A stretch of DNA of 64,000 nucleotides from an uncultured Verrucomicrobiae bacterium (GTDB taxonomy: Bacteria > Verrucomicrobiota > Verrucomicrobiia > Chthoniobacterales > UBA10450), in assembly GCA_963815455.1 (NCBI GenBank), contig CAWFGO010000001.1:96001-160000 (forward strand), in the 5' to 3' direction. A program made the translations under genes and the position numbers. The notes below the pieces were generated by a model. It had not been told where the DNA came from, did not search any database, and saw only the letters and a program-made list of their open reading frames with translations. Below are positions 40,839-49,511 of the stretch, one piece after another. Every line of letters starts with the position of its first letter. Position 1 is the first letter of the stretch.

Positions 40839-42320
40839 ATGCTTCTTTTCCTCATATTTTGCCCGATCGTTGCGGCGTTCGTGATCATGGCCGGCGCGCC
40901 GGCCCGAAAAACGGCGTTGCTCGCTTCGTGGTTGATGCTCGCGTCCGCGGCCGCACTCTTCGCTCAATTCGCGCAGCTCGAACCGAAGTTTCAGTTTGTC
41001 AGTTCATTTCCAATTTCTCCCGAGTTGCATCTCGGCTTTACCGTTGGGCTCGACGGTTTGAGCCTGATCATGGTGCTGCTGGCCGCCATCGTCACGGTCG
41101 CGGCCGTCTGGTTCGCCGGTAAGATCGACAATCACGAAAATGCATTCTACGCCTGCCTGCTTTTTATTTCCGGCGGCGCGATCGGAGCATTTTCGTCGCT
41201 CGATTTGTTTTTCTTTTATGCCTTTCACGAACTCGCGCTCATCCCGACATTCCTGCTGATCGGAATCTGGGGGAGCGGAAATCGCGTGGCCGCGGCGTGG
41301 AAGATCACAATTTATCTCGCAGTCGGTAGCTTCATCTTGCTGCTTGGCTTGATCCTGCTTTACCAAAGCGTCCCGGCCGCATCGCGGAGTTTCGATATTC
41401 GCGAGCTACAGGCTGCGATCGCGACGCGGCAGATTCCGGCGAATGCGCAGCACAACATTTTCCTGCTCCTGCTTGTCGGCTTCGGAATTCTCGTCTCGCT
41501 GTTTCCGTTCCATACCTGGGCGCCGGAGGCGTACGCATCCGCGCCCGCCCCGGCGGCAATGCTGCATGCCGGCGTCCTGAAAAAATTCGGGCTTTACGGT
41601 TTGCTGCGGATTGCCCTCCCGCTGCTCCCGGAAGGAGCGCGGCACTGGAGCCATCTGTTAATCGTGCTGCTGCTCGGGAATATCATTTACATCGGGTTGG
41701 TCACCATCGCGCAAAAACGACTCGATTGGATGCTTGGTTACTCCAGCGTGATGCACATGGGTTACATTTTTCTCGGGATCGCCAGTGCCAACGTTCTCGG
41801 CACCACTGGGGCCGCGACTCTGATATTCGCGCACGGGCTTTCCATCGCGTTGCTGTTCGCGCTGGCGGGGGAAATTCGCACCCGTACCGGCACGCTCGTG
41901 TTCAGCGATCTCGGCGGTCTCGCGAAAGTGATGCCATTCGCCGGTCTCGCCTTCGGGCTCGGCGCATTCGCGGCCATCGGTCTTCCCGGCTTCGCCAACT
42001 TCGCCGGCGAAATCATGATCTTTTTCGGCGCGTTCCGAACCGGCTGGGATATGACGCGGTTCCACACGTTTCAAATCGCGACCGCGCTGGCGCTCTGGGG
42101 CGTGGTGATCTCAGCCGTTTATATGCTCCGCGCGTATCGAAATGCATTCATGGGTCCGCCGAATGAGCGCTGGAACAAGCTTGTCGATCTTCGTCCCGGC
42201 CTGCGCATCCCGATCGCGTTGCTGGTCGCCGCGCTTCTCTGGATCGGATTTTATCCCCAATCGTTTATCCGCATTCTTGCGCCGGCGCCGAGCACTTATT
42301 CCGCATCCGCAAAGCCATGA
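40839..42320 (+). CDS. nuoM: NADH-quinone oxidoreductase subunit M
   Basis: GLDGLSL, FPFHTWAPEAY, YSSVMHMG, GLPGFANFAGE. Confidence 0.96.
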   Translation: MLLFLIFCPIVAAFVIMAGAPARKTALLASWLMLASAAALFAQFAQLEPKFQFVSSFPISPELHLGFTVGLDGLSLIMVLLAAIVTVAAVWFAGKIDNHENAFYACLLFISGGAIGAFSSLDLFFFYAFHELALIPTFLLIGIWGSGNRVAAAWKITIYLAVGSFILLLGLILLYQSVPAASRSFDIRELQAAIATRQIPANAQHNIFLLLLVGFGILVSLFPFHTWAPEAYASAPAPAAMLHAGVLKKFGLYGLLRIALPLLPEGARHWSHLLIVLLLGNIIYIGLVTIAQKRLDWMLGYSSVMHMGYIFLGIASANVLGTTGAATLIFAHGLSIALLFALAGEIRTRTGTLVFSDLGGLAKVMPFAGLAFGLGAFAAIGLPGFANFAGEIMIFFGAFRTGWDMTRFHTFQIATALALWGVVISAVYMLRAYRNAFMGPPNERWNKLVDLRPGLRIPIALLVAALLWIGFYPQSFIRILAPAPSTYSASAKP

Positions 42321-43741
42321 TTGCCGCGCCCTCACTCGAAATTGCCGTGCTCGTTCTGGGCATGCTGCTCCTGATGTGGGAAGCGTTTGCCACCAAGACC
42401 GACAAGCGCGTTTTGGCCGTTACTGGAATTGTCAGCCTCACGCTCGTGCTGGCAGCGTCGTTCTTTTTGATTCCAAATATCGAACCCGGACAGATCAGCG
42501 GTTTCCGTGGCTTTTGCACCGTCGATCCGCTGTCGATCTTCTTTAAGCGATTTGCGCTGGTTACGACCATTTTCGTGCTGGTGATGATGATCGATTACGC
42601 GCCGGTCGTGCGCAGTTGGTTCCCCGGCGGGACTGCGCAAGCCGGCCTCGGTGAATTTTTCTCGATCCCGATCTTTACCTGCGCCGGACTGATGTATCTG
42701 GTCTCGGCCGTCGATTTCATTTTCATTTTCGTCGCGCTCGAGCTGGTCACGATCTCATTTTATGTCCTGGTCAGTTTCACTCGACGAAACCCGCTGACGC
42801 TCGAAGCCGGAGTGAAATATCTGGTGTTGAGCGCCCTCTCGACCGGATTTCTGGTTTACGGGATTACCTGGATCTTCGGAGCAACAGGCGAAACGAATCT
42901 GCAACGCATCGCCGAGGCTTTGGCGAACCCCGAAACCGAACATGGCGCCGCGCTCTTTGGCATGGTGCTCGTCCTCATCGCGCTCGGATTCAAAATCGCA
43001 GCGGTGCCATTCCAAATCTGGGTGCCCGATGTTTACCAGGGCGCGCCAACGCCGGTGACAGCGTTTCTTTCCGTCGGCTCGAAAGCGGCGGGGTTCGTCG
43101 TTTTGCTGCGCGTGTTGCAACCGTTCTCGATGATGCCGCAAATGCACCGGTTGATCGTCCTGCTCGCGTTCCTCACCCTGATTTACGGAAATCTGGCCGC
43201 GTTGCCCCAAACAAATTTGAAACGACTGCTGGCTTATTCGAGCATCGCTCACGCCGGCTATTTGCTCGTCGGCGTGGCCTGCTTCGACGGACCGGCAGTC
43301 GGGTTCTATCTCATCGCGTATCTAATTATGACGCTTTTGAGCTTTGCTGTGCTGGTCATCGTTTCGCAACAAACCGGCGAACAGATCGCCGATTTCAACG
43401 GCCTGGCCACGCGCTCGCCCTTTCTCGCCTTCGCCATGTTAACCGGAATGATCTCACTCGCCGGCGTGCCATTCACCGCCGGGTTTCTCGGAAAATTCTT
43501 TATCTTCTACGCCGCCATCGCGCACCGACAGATCGCGCTGGTGGTCGTTGGCGTGATCACGGTCGGCTGCGGATTTTATTATTATCTCAAAGTGATCCGC
43601 GCGATGTATTGGCAACCCGCACCGAACACCGACAAGATCCCAGTCAGCGCCCTGTCACGTTTCGCGATCAGCGCCTTGATTATCGCCACGATCTGGCTCG
43701 GCGTTTATCCGCAGCCGATCCTCGATGCGTTAAAGCGGTAG
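42317..43741 (+). CDS. nuoN: NADH-quinone oxidoreductase subunit N
   Basis: EAGVKY, FKIAAVPFQIWVPDVYQGAPTP, KRLLAYSSIAHAGY. Confidence 0.96.
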   Translation: MIAAPSLEIAVLVLGMLLLMWEAFATKTDKRVLAVTGIVSLTLVLAASFFLIPNIEPGQISGFRGFCTVDPLSIFFKRFALVTTIFVLVMMIDYAPVVRSWFPGGTAQAGLGEFFSIPIFTCAGLMYLVSAVDFIFIFVALELVTISFYVLVSFTRRNPLTLEAGVKYLVLSALSTGFLVYGITWIFGATGETNLQRIAEALANPETEHGAALFGMVLVLIALGFKIAAVPFQIWVPDVYQGAPTPVTAFLSVGSKAAGFVVLLRVLQPFSMMPQMHRLIVLLAFLTLIYGNLAALPQTNLKRLLAYSSIAHAGYLLVGVACFDGPAVGFYLIAYLIMTLLSFAVLVIVSQQTGEQIADFNGLATRSPFLAFAMLTGMISLAGVPFTAGFLGKFFIFYAAIAHRQIALVVVGVITVGCGFYYYLKVIRAMYWQPAPNTDKIPVSALSRFAISALIIATIWLGVYPQPILDALKR

Positions 43742-43760
43742 CATCTGCGATCTGACCTCC

Positions 43761-43809
43761 GGAGGGTCGTGCTTCTGCACGACCAGGACGTGAAGAATCA
43801 CGTCCCTCC
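43761..43809. repeat. GGAG-type REP doublet between convergent genes
   Basis: GGAGGGTCGTGCTTCTGCACGACC-A-GGACGTGAAGAATCACGTCCCTCC. Confidence 0.8.
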
Positions 43810-43817
43810 GAACCGGA

Positions 43818-44429
43818 TCAGTCGCTCAGTTCGACGTTCCAGTAGGCAAGATCGACAAAGTGCCGCCAGCTTTCGTGTTGCGGCGCGGAGAACGTGACAT
43901 GCACGAATGGACGCCACTTCGGCCGCTTCGGTTTGCGAATGAGAATCATGTGCGCTTCCTGCGGAAGCCGGTTCCCCTTGCGGGTATTACAGGGGATACA
44001 CGAGCAAACCACATTTTCCCACGTCGTCGTCCCACCCCGGTCGCGCGGGACCACGTGATCAAGATTCAGATCGTTCCGATCGAACGTGTGACCGCAATAC
44101 TGGCAGGTGTTCTTGTCCCGTTCGAAAACGTTGTGCCGGGTAAATTTCACTTCCTTTTTCGGCAACCGATCGAAAAACAGCAGCACGATCACCCGCGGGA
44201 CCCGGATCTTGAACGAAATCGTCGGGACCAGCTCATGGGCGGGCGCGTTAGCCGAAAAATCGCGCCAGCTATCGAAATCGTGGGTAAGAAAATTGTTTGG
44301 CTCGTCCGACGAAACGACATGAGCGTGTCCCGCATAGACAAGCGAGAAAGCCCGCCGGGCAGAACAGATATTCACCGCCTGCCAGAGGCGATTCAGCACC
44401 AGAACCTGACTGTTCAACGAGGATTGCAA
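43818..44429 (-). CDS. HNH endonuclease family protein
   Basis: VLVLN, RDKNTCQYCG, LDHVVPRDRGG..WENVVCSCIPCNTRKGN. Confidence 0.92.
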   Translation of the reverse strand: MQSSLNSQVLVLNRLWQAVNICSARRAFSLVYAGHAHVVSSDEPNNFLTHDFDSWRDFSANAPAHELVPTISFKIRVPRVIVLLFFDRLPKKEVKFTRHNVFERDKNTCQYCGHTFDRNDLNLDHVVPRDRGGTTTWENVVCSCIPCNTRKGNRLPQEAHMILIRKPKRPKWRPFVHVTFSAPQHESWRHFVDLAYWNVELSD

Positions 44430-44551
44430 ATGTGTCCCTCCTACCGCTTTGCGCCCGCACTACCGCGAGCATTTACGGAAATGGGCCGACAGGTACCACC
44501 CGCGTTTTTCATTGTCAACGCGGAGGGCCCAGCCTGTTCTGGTGCCTGCGC

Positions 44552-44653
44552 TGTAGCCGCGGTCGCTGACCGCGGCCGCGCGGATTATCTCTGTTCCTTG
44601 CGGCCGATCCGCCTTCGCTGGGCTTCGGCGTGACGGGCACGGCCACCTCTACA
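44552..44653. repeat. GTAG-type REP doublet with a nested 30-bp hairpin element
   Basis: TGTAGCCGCGGTCGCTGACCGCGG...CTCTACA; nested TCCGCCTTCGCTGGGCTTCGGCG at 44608. Confidence 0.7.
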
Positions 44654-44702
44654 CCTACGAAATCTGACTTGTCGATCTTGTATTCGATCATAAGGTCGAA
44701 GC

Positions 44703-44906
44703 ATGAGCGGGCAAGGTTCGGCGGGCAATGTACTGGCGGCGCTCTGCAGTTTCTTTATCCCGGGGCTGGGACAATTGCTCCAGGGACGATTGCTGATGGC
44801 GATCTTCCAGTTTTGTCTGGCGGCGGTTCTCTGGTTCGTTCTGCTCGGCTGGGTGATTCATTTGTGGTCGATCCTTGACGCGGCGCTGTTCAAGCCGGCA
44901 ACGTGA
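44703..44906 (+). CDS. Small membrane protein
   Basis: GNVLAALCSFFIPGLGQLLQGR motif plus TM helices. Confidence 0.75.
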   Translation: MSGQGSAGNVLAALCSFFIPGLGQLLQGRLLMAIFQFCLAAVLWFVLLGWVIHLWSILDAALFKPAT

Positions 44907-45048
44907 CGTCGCATCCGGATTGACGGCGTCTGACACAACGACCTACAGGGGGATTACATTAAGAGATGTCTCCCAGCCTCCGCGTAAAGCTACGGCGCGG
45001 CAGGCGACTCCGCTCGACATGACAAGCGATTCGTGTCCATTCGTGGTT

Positions 45049-46091
45049 ATGACCGCGCAGTTTCCTAGCGAGCAGACGGAGTCCGGGGAATTTAAGCGTC
45101 AGGAAGACGCGTTTCGGGAATGGATCTCGAATGATGGATCAACTCCCTATCCCGCTACGGCTAATCGTTATCATCTTTACGTTTCGCTGGAGCCTGCCCG
45201 TGGGCGAGCCGGACGGTGATATTTCGGAAGCTGAAAGGACTCGAAGAAGCGATCGGCCTGACGATTGTCGATCCTGTTCGGGACAACAATGGCTGGGCGT
45301 TCCGCGATCCTGGAGGGGCGACCTCCGTGTCGTCCTCCTGCCCGGACGTGCCGAAGCACGTCCCTCCGTCGACTGATCCGGTTAACGGGTTTCATTATCT
45401 GAGCGAAGCCTACGCGGCGACCGATCCGAATTACGACGGGCGCGTCACTGTGCCGGTACTGTGGGACAAGGAAACAAGAAAGATCGTTAACAATTGCGAG
45501 GACGATATCTGTCGCATGTTCAACGACGCGTTCAACGAGTTTGCCCGGAACAAAGACGTCGATCTTTTTCCGGATGAGATTGAGGCGGAGCACATGAAGC
45601 TTTGCGAATTCATTCACGACAACGTAAACAACGGCGTTTATCGGGCCGGGTTCGCCACTCGCCAGCGAGCTTACGAGATTTCCTGCCGAAAACTCTTTGA
45701 GGCACTCGACGAACTGGAACAACGCCTGTCGAAAAGCCGCTATTTGTTTGCGAATCCCGGTGGAGAGAGCGGGAAGCTGTCAGCTTCCCCTACAGTTGGG
45801 AATCGAATTGTCGAAGCGGACTGGCGATTATTTTGCACGCTGGTCCGGTTCGACGTCGTCTATCACGGGCATTTCAAATGTAACATTCGCCGCATCATCG
45901 ATTACCCGAACCTGCAGGGTTATCTGATGGATTTGTATCAGCGGCCTGGGATCGCGCAGACCGTGAACTTCGATCACATCAAGCGTCATTATTATATGAC
46001 GCACACCGAGATTAATCCGACGCGCATTGTTCCGCTTGGTCCGGCACTCGACCTCACGACGCCGCATGGGCGGGAGGCCATGAAGAATTGA
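45049..46091 (+). CDS. Glutathionyl-hydroquinone reductase (YqjG-like GST); frameshift near 45190; two in-frame REP insertions
   Basis: RYHLYVSL-(ACPWASR), RVTVPVLWDK, VNNGVYRAGFA, EADWRLF..RFD, HIKRHYY. Confidence 0.92.
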
Positions 46092-46297
46092 GCCCGCGAA
46101 TTACGCGAATGGGCGCGAATGAAAAACGGATTGATCCGCCAAACACGCCAAAAGACCCCAAATAGGAACGGATTTGCTTCCCCCCTAAACACACTAAAAG
46201 GCGCGAAAATGTTCCAGGCACTTGTGATAAACCGGTTCGTCATTTCGTGTGTTTCGTGGGGTTAGTTCCCCCGGACGGGACAGAGCCCATCCCTCCA
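46092..46297. repeat. Cluster of degenerate CACGAA-type element ends plus a GGAG REP half
   Basis: GCCCGCGAATTACGCGAA.., CCCCTAAACACACTAAA..TTTCGTGTGTTTCGTGGGG, GGACAGAGCCCATCCCTCC. Confidence 0.6.
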
Positions 46298-46381
46298 GGT
46301 TCGCCGAACGGATGCGAAAGCTATAGAGGCGGCGAGATTCATGAATTGACGGAGTCTTCCTGTTAAGATAGCGGTGGGGTC

Positions 46382-47200
46382 GTGAGACGGACTGCCTCAA
46401 CCCTGTCGATCCTGCTGGCCTTGAGCGCGTTCGCGTTTGCCGGGCCCGAAAGCTATTCCGGTAAGGAAATGAAGCAGGTAGCGCGCTACGAAACGCCCTC
46501 CTGTCCGAACTGGACCGGGTTCTACATTGGCGGCTTTGGCGGATACAAGTTTGGAGTGATCGATCCAACCCTTCGGTTGGGTGGATTCTGGGAAGACTCA
46601 CAGCCGGACTTGGAGACGTTAAAGTCCCGCGCCGACGACAACCTCGACACCAGCGGCGCGGAGCTGGGAGGATTGATCGGTTACAATCATCAGTGGAACA
46701 ACTGGGTGCTGGGTCTGGAGGCCGCCGGCAGTTATCTCTGGTTGCGAGATTCGCACGGGGACGGTGATTTCTTCTCATCAAACGGGAACCAGTTCTTCAC
46801 TGAGACTTCATTCAAGACGCACTACCTGTTCACGGTCGGACCACGCATTGGTTATGCCTTATGCAAGTGGTTGCCATACGTCACCGGGGGGCTGGCGGTG
46901 GGAGACCTGGATTTCCACCAGCAATTTCACGCGCCGGACTTCTTTCCCGAAATAGCCGGCGGCACAAAAAGCGAGACGAATGCCGGGTGGTTTGTTGGCG
47001 GCGGGCTGCAATATGCCCTAACCGATCGGTTTCGTGAGGGACAGAATTTTCCCGCCTGGAGCGTCAGAGTCCAATATCAATACGTCGATCTTGGATCGAC
47101 GAGTTTCGATCACGATTCGGTGCCCTCCAGTTACCCGAGCGGCAGCAAAGTGGAATTGCGGGAGGACAACGCTTCGTTCGCCATCATCTACGGTTTTTAA
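46382..47200 (+). CDS. Outer membrane beta-barrel protein (Omp25/31-like)
   Basis: Signal peptide, WTGFYIGG, GGLIGYNHQW, terminal Phe. Confidence 0.88.
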   Translation: MRRTASTLSILLALSAFAFAGPESYSGKEMKQVARYETPSCPNWTGFYIGGFGGYKFGVIDPTLRLGGFWEDSQPDLETLKSRADDNLDTSGAELGGLIGYNHQWNNWVLGLEAAGSYLWLRDSHGDGDFFSSNGNQFFTETSFKTHYLFTVGPRIGYALCKWLPYVTGGLAVGDLDFHQQFHAPDFFPEIAGGTKSETNAGWFVGGGLQYALTDRFREGQNFPAWSVRVQYQYVDLGSTSFDHDSVPSSYPSGSKVELREDNASFAIIYGF

Positions 47201-47281
47201 GTGCGTCCCCGCCGGGGCGCCGGCGACCCTTGAACTCGGAAACGAATTGCTGTTTTCACGCTGATCGGTAAATCTGCGCGA

Positions 47282-48592
47282 ATGTCCGCGCTCTCGGCCC
47301 CAAAAGAAGAAGCGGGATTGATTCGCGCGATTGGCGTTCCGGGACTGGCCGCCAACATTGTTAATTCAACGGTCGGCGCGGGCATTTTCGCATTGCCGGC
47401 CGTGGTCGCGCTTCAGCTCGGCGCGGCTTCTCCTCTGGCCTACGTGATTTGCGGATTGGCGATGTGTTTGTTCGTCACTTCGTTCGCTATGGCGGGCAGT
47501 CGGGTTTCGCTCACCGGCGGTCTTTACGCATACGTTGAAGTGGCCTTCGGCCGATACGTCGGTTTTCTGGGCGGCGCACTTTATTTTCTCACCGCGATCC
47601 TGGCGATTTCCGGAATTGTCGGCCTCATCGCCACTTCCGTGGGCGGTTTGATTCCGATCCTGGCGCCCCAGATTGGCCGGGTGTTCACCATCCTGTTCAT
47701 CCTGACGTTTCTCGTCACGATCAATATCCGGGGCGTCCGGGGCGGCGCGCGCGCGGTCGAAGCGATCACATTGATCAAGCTCGCACCGCTGATCATTTTC
47801 ATCGTAGCCGGTATTTTTTTCATCCGGCCCGAGGCTTTGGCCTGGCCCGGCTGGCCGTCGGGCGACCTGCTCGGCCGAAGCGTTCTGCAATTACTGTTTG
47901 CTTTTGTTGGTGTGGAGGTGGCGTTAATGCCGAGTGGCGAAGTCAAGAATCCGGCTCGCACCGTGCCGCGGGCGATTTTCACCGCGCTCGGGATAACGAC
48001 GTTGCTCTACATTCTGATTCAACTCGTGGGGCTCGGTGTTTTGGGGAACGAGCTTGGGAAATACGGGGAAACGGCGCTGGCCGAGGCTGCCGGGCGATTC
48101 ATGGGAAACGTGGGGCGAACACTGATGCTCTCCGGCCTGGCGATTTCCGCGTTTGGATTTGCCACTAGCGATATTTTGAGTTCGCCCCGGATCATCTTTG
48201 CCTTCGGGCGGGACGGCGTTCTGCCGAAATGGTTCGCCCACGTGCATCCGCGATTCCACACACCCGATGTCGCGATTGTGACTTACGCCGTGGCGGCGTT
48301 TGCGCTTTCGTTCTGGTCCACGTTTCAGGAACTGGCGGTGCTTTCCAACATGGCGGTGCTGTTGCTTTATATTCTCTGCTGCCTGGCCGCGCTGGAATTG
48401 AACCGGCGCGATGTTCGCAGCGACGGCGCGCCGTTCAAGTTTCCTGGGGCGATGTCGGTTCCAATCCTGGCGATCGGCGTGATCATTTGGATTCTGGCAC
48501 ACGCCACGGTCAAGGAAGTCGTGTTCACCGGGATCTGTCTTGCGGTCGCGTCGATGCTGTTTGTTGTCCGGCAAGTGGTGGCGAAACATTGA
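47282..48592 (+). CDS. APC family amino acid permease
   Basis: VGAGIFALP, TGGLYAYV..AFG, FAFVGVE..GEVKNP, RDGVLP; multiple TM helices. Confidence 0.93.
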   Translation: MSALSAPKEEAGLIRAIGVPGLAANIVNSTVGAGIFALPAVVALQLGAASPLAYVICGLAMCLFVTSFAMAGSRVSLTGGLYAYVEVAFGRYVGFLGGALYFLTAILAISGIVGLIATSVGGLIPILAPQIGRVFTILFILTFLVTINIRGVRGGARAVEAITLIKLAPLIIFIVAGIFFIRPEALAWPGWPSGDLLGRSVLQLLFAFVGVEVALMPSGEVKNPARTVPRAIFTALGITTLLYILIQLVGLGVLGNELGKYGETALAEAAGRFMGNVGRTLMLSGLAISAFGFATSDILSSPRIIFAFGRDGVLPKWFAHVHPRFHTPDVAIVTYAVAAFALSFWSTFQELAVLSNMAVLLLYILCCLAALELNRRDVRSDGAPFKFPGAMSVPILAIGVIIWILAHATVKEVVFTGICLAVASMLFVVRQVVAKH

Positions 48593-48624
48593 GTGGACAA
48601 GGATCGATGCCGATCAAGGGGCGG

Positions 48625-48658
48625 TTGACTGCTGCATCTGATGCATTATCATCAGATG
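48625..48658 (+). promoter_or_regulatory. Sigma70-like promoter overlapped by an inverted-repeat operator for vapBC
   Basis: TTGACT-N16-TATCAT; CATCTGATG-N6-CATCAGATG at 48635..48658. Confidence 0.65.
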
Positions 48659-48895
48659 ATGCGAACCACCCTTGAGATCGATGATGATGTTCTGGCCGCC
48701 GCCAAGGAACTAGCGGCCCGGCAAAATACCACCGCCGGAAAAATGATCTCTGAAATGGCCCGGCGCGGGATTCAATCCCGGCACGGCAAAGGATCGTCCA
48801 AGCACAGGAATGGATTCGAGATCTTGCCAGCAGACAAACGAGTTGTTACGCCCGATCTCGTCCAGAAGCTTCTTGAAGAATCGGTCGAGCCGTGA
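48659..48895 (+). CDS. VapB-type antitoxin (RHH)
   Basis: MRTTLEIDDDVLAAAKELA; overlaps the toxin start. Confidence 0.88.
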   Translation: MRTTLEIDDDVLAAAKELAARQNTTAGKMISEMARRGIQSRHGKGSSKHRNGFEILPADKRVVTPDLVQKLLEESVEP

Positions 48896-49320
48896 TTGCA
48901 CTGCTCGACATTAACATGCTCATTGCGCTCTTCGATGCGGCTCATGTGCATCATGGCGCCGCCCACGAATGGATGACGAAACACCGCTCGTTCGGTTGGG
49001 CAACCTGTCCGATTACCGAGAACGGGTGCGCTCGAGTGATGTCGCAGCCTAACTATCCGGGCCATCTTCCGGTGGCGGAGATTGTGCGCCGGGTTGCGGC
49101 GGCAACGTCGGAACGCGACCACAGGTTCTGGGAGGATTCGATTTCGTTGTGCGATCCGAAGCGGTTCGAACCAGGTCTAATACTGACGTCGCGAAATCTA
49201 ACCGATGTTTATTTGCTCGCGTTAGCGGTTGAAAAAGGGGGCCGGCTTGTCACTTTCGATCGCGCCATACCCTCGCGGGCGATACGAGGAATCAAAGATC
49301 GACATCTCCTTGTATTGTAG
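48892..49320 (+). CDS. VapC PIN-domain toxin
   Basis: LLDINMLIAL, TCPITENG, TDVYLLALA..LVTFD. Confidence 0.92.
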   Translation: MIALLDINMLIALFDAAHVHHGAAHEWMTKHRSFGWATCPITENGCARVMSQPNYPGHLPVAEIVRRVAAATSERDHRFWEDSISLCDPKRFEPGLILTSRNLTDVYLLALAVEKGGRLVTFDRAIPSRAIRGIKDRHLLVL

Positions 49321-49511
49321 CCGTTCTGATTGAAAGTTTGAGGTTCGTTTTTATGGATGTTGATTGTGGACAATCGGATGTTCGCCCAAGCCGGCCACAA
49401 TATGGTGTGGTCGGACGGCTGCCAGACCCTTCAAATTGTGTAATTTTAAGCTTGTAACCCCCCGAACCCCCCTATATTTACCCTTCAAGGCCCGAGCTTT
49501 GCGGCCACCAC

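Noticed and set aside
43818..44429. HNH gene as a homing or mobile endonuclease
   Set aside because: No intron, intein or matched flanking repeats; resembles a stand-alone chromosomal HNH family.
47027..47058. Possible short in-frame inserts in the outer-membrane protein (RFREGQNFPA) and in NuoEF near 32041 (DPASAG)
   Set aside because: No matching repeat copy in the window, so repeat origin cannot be supported.
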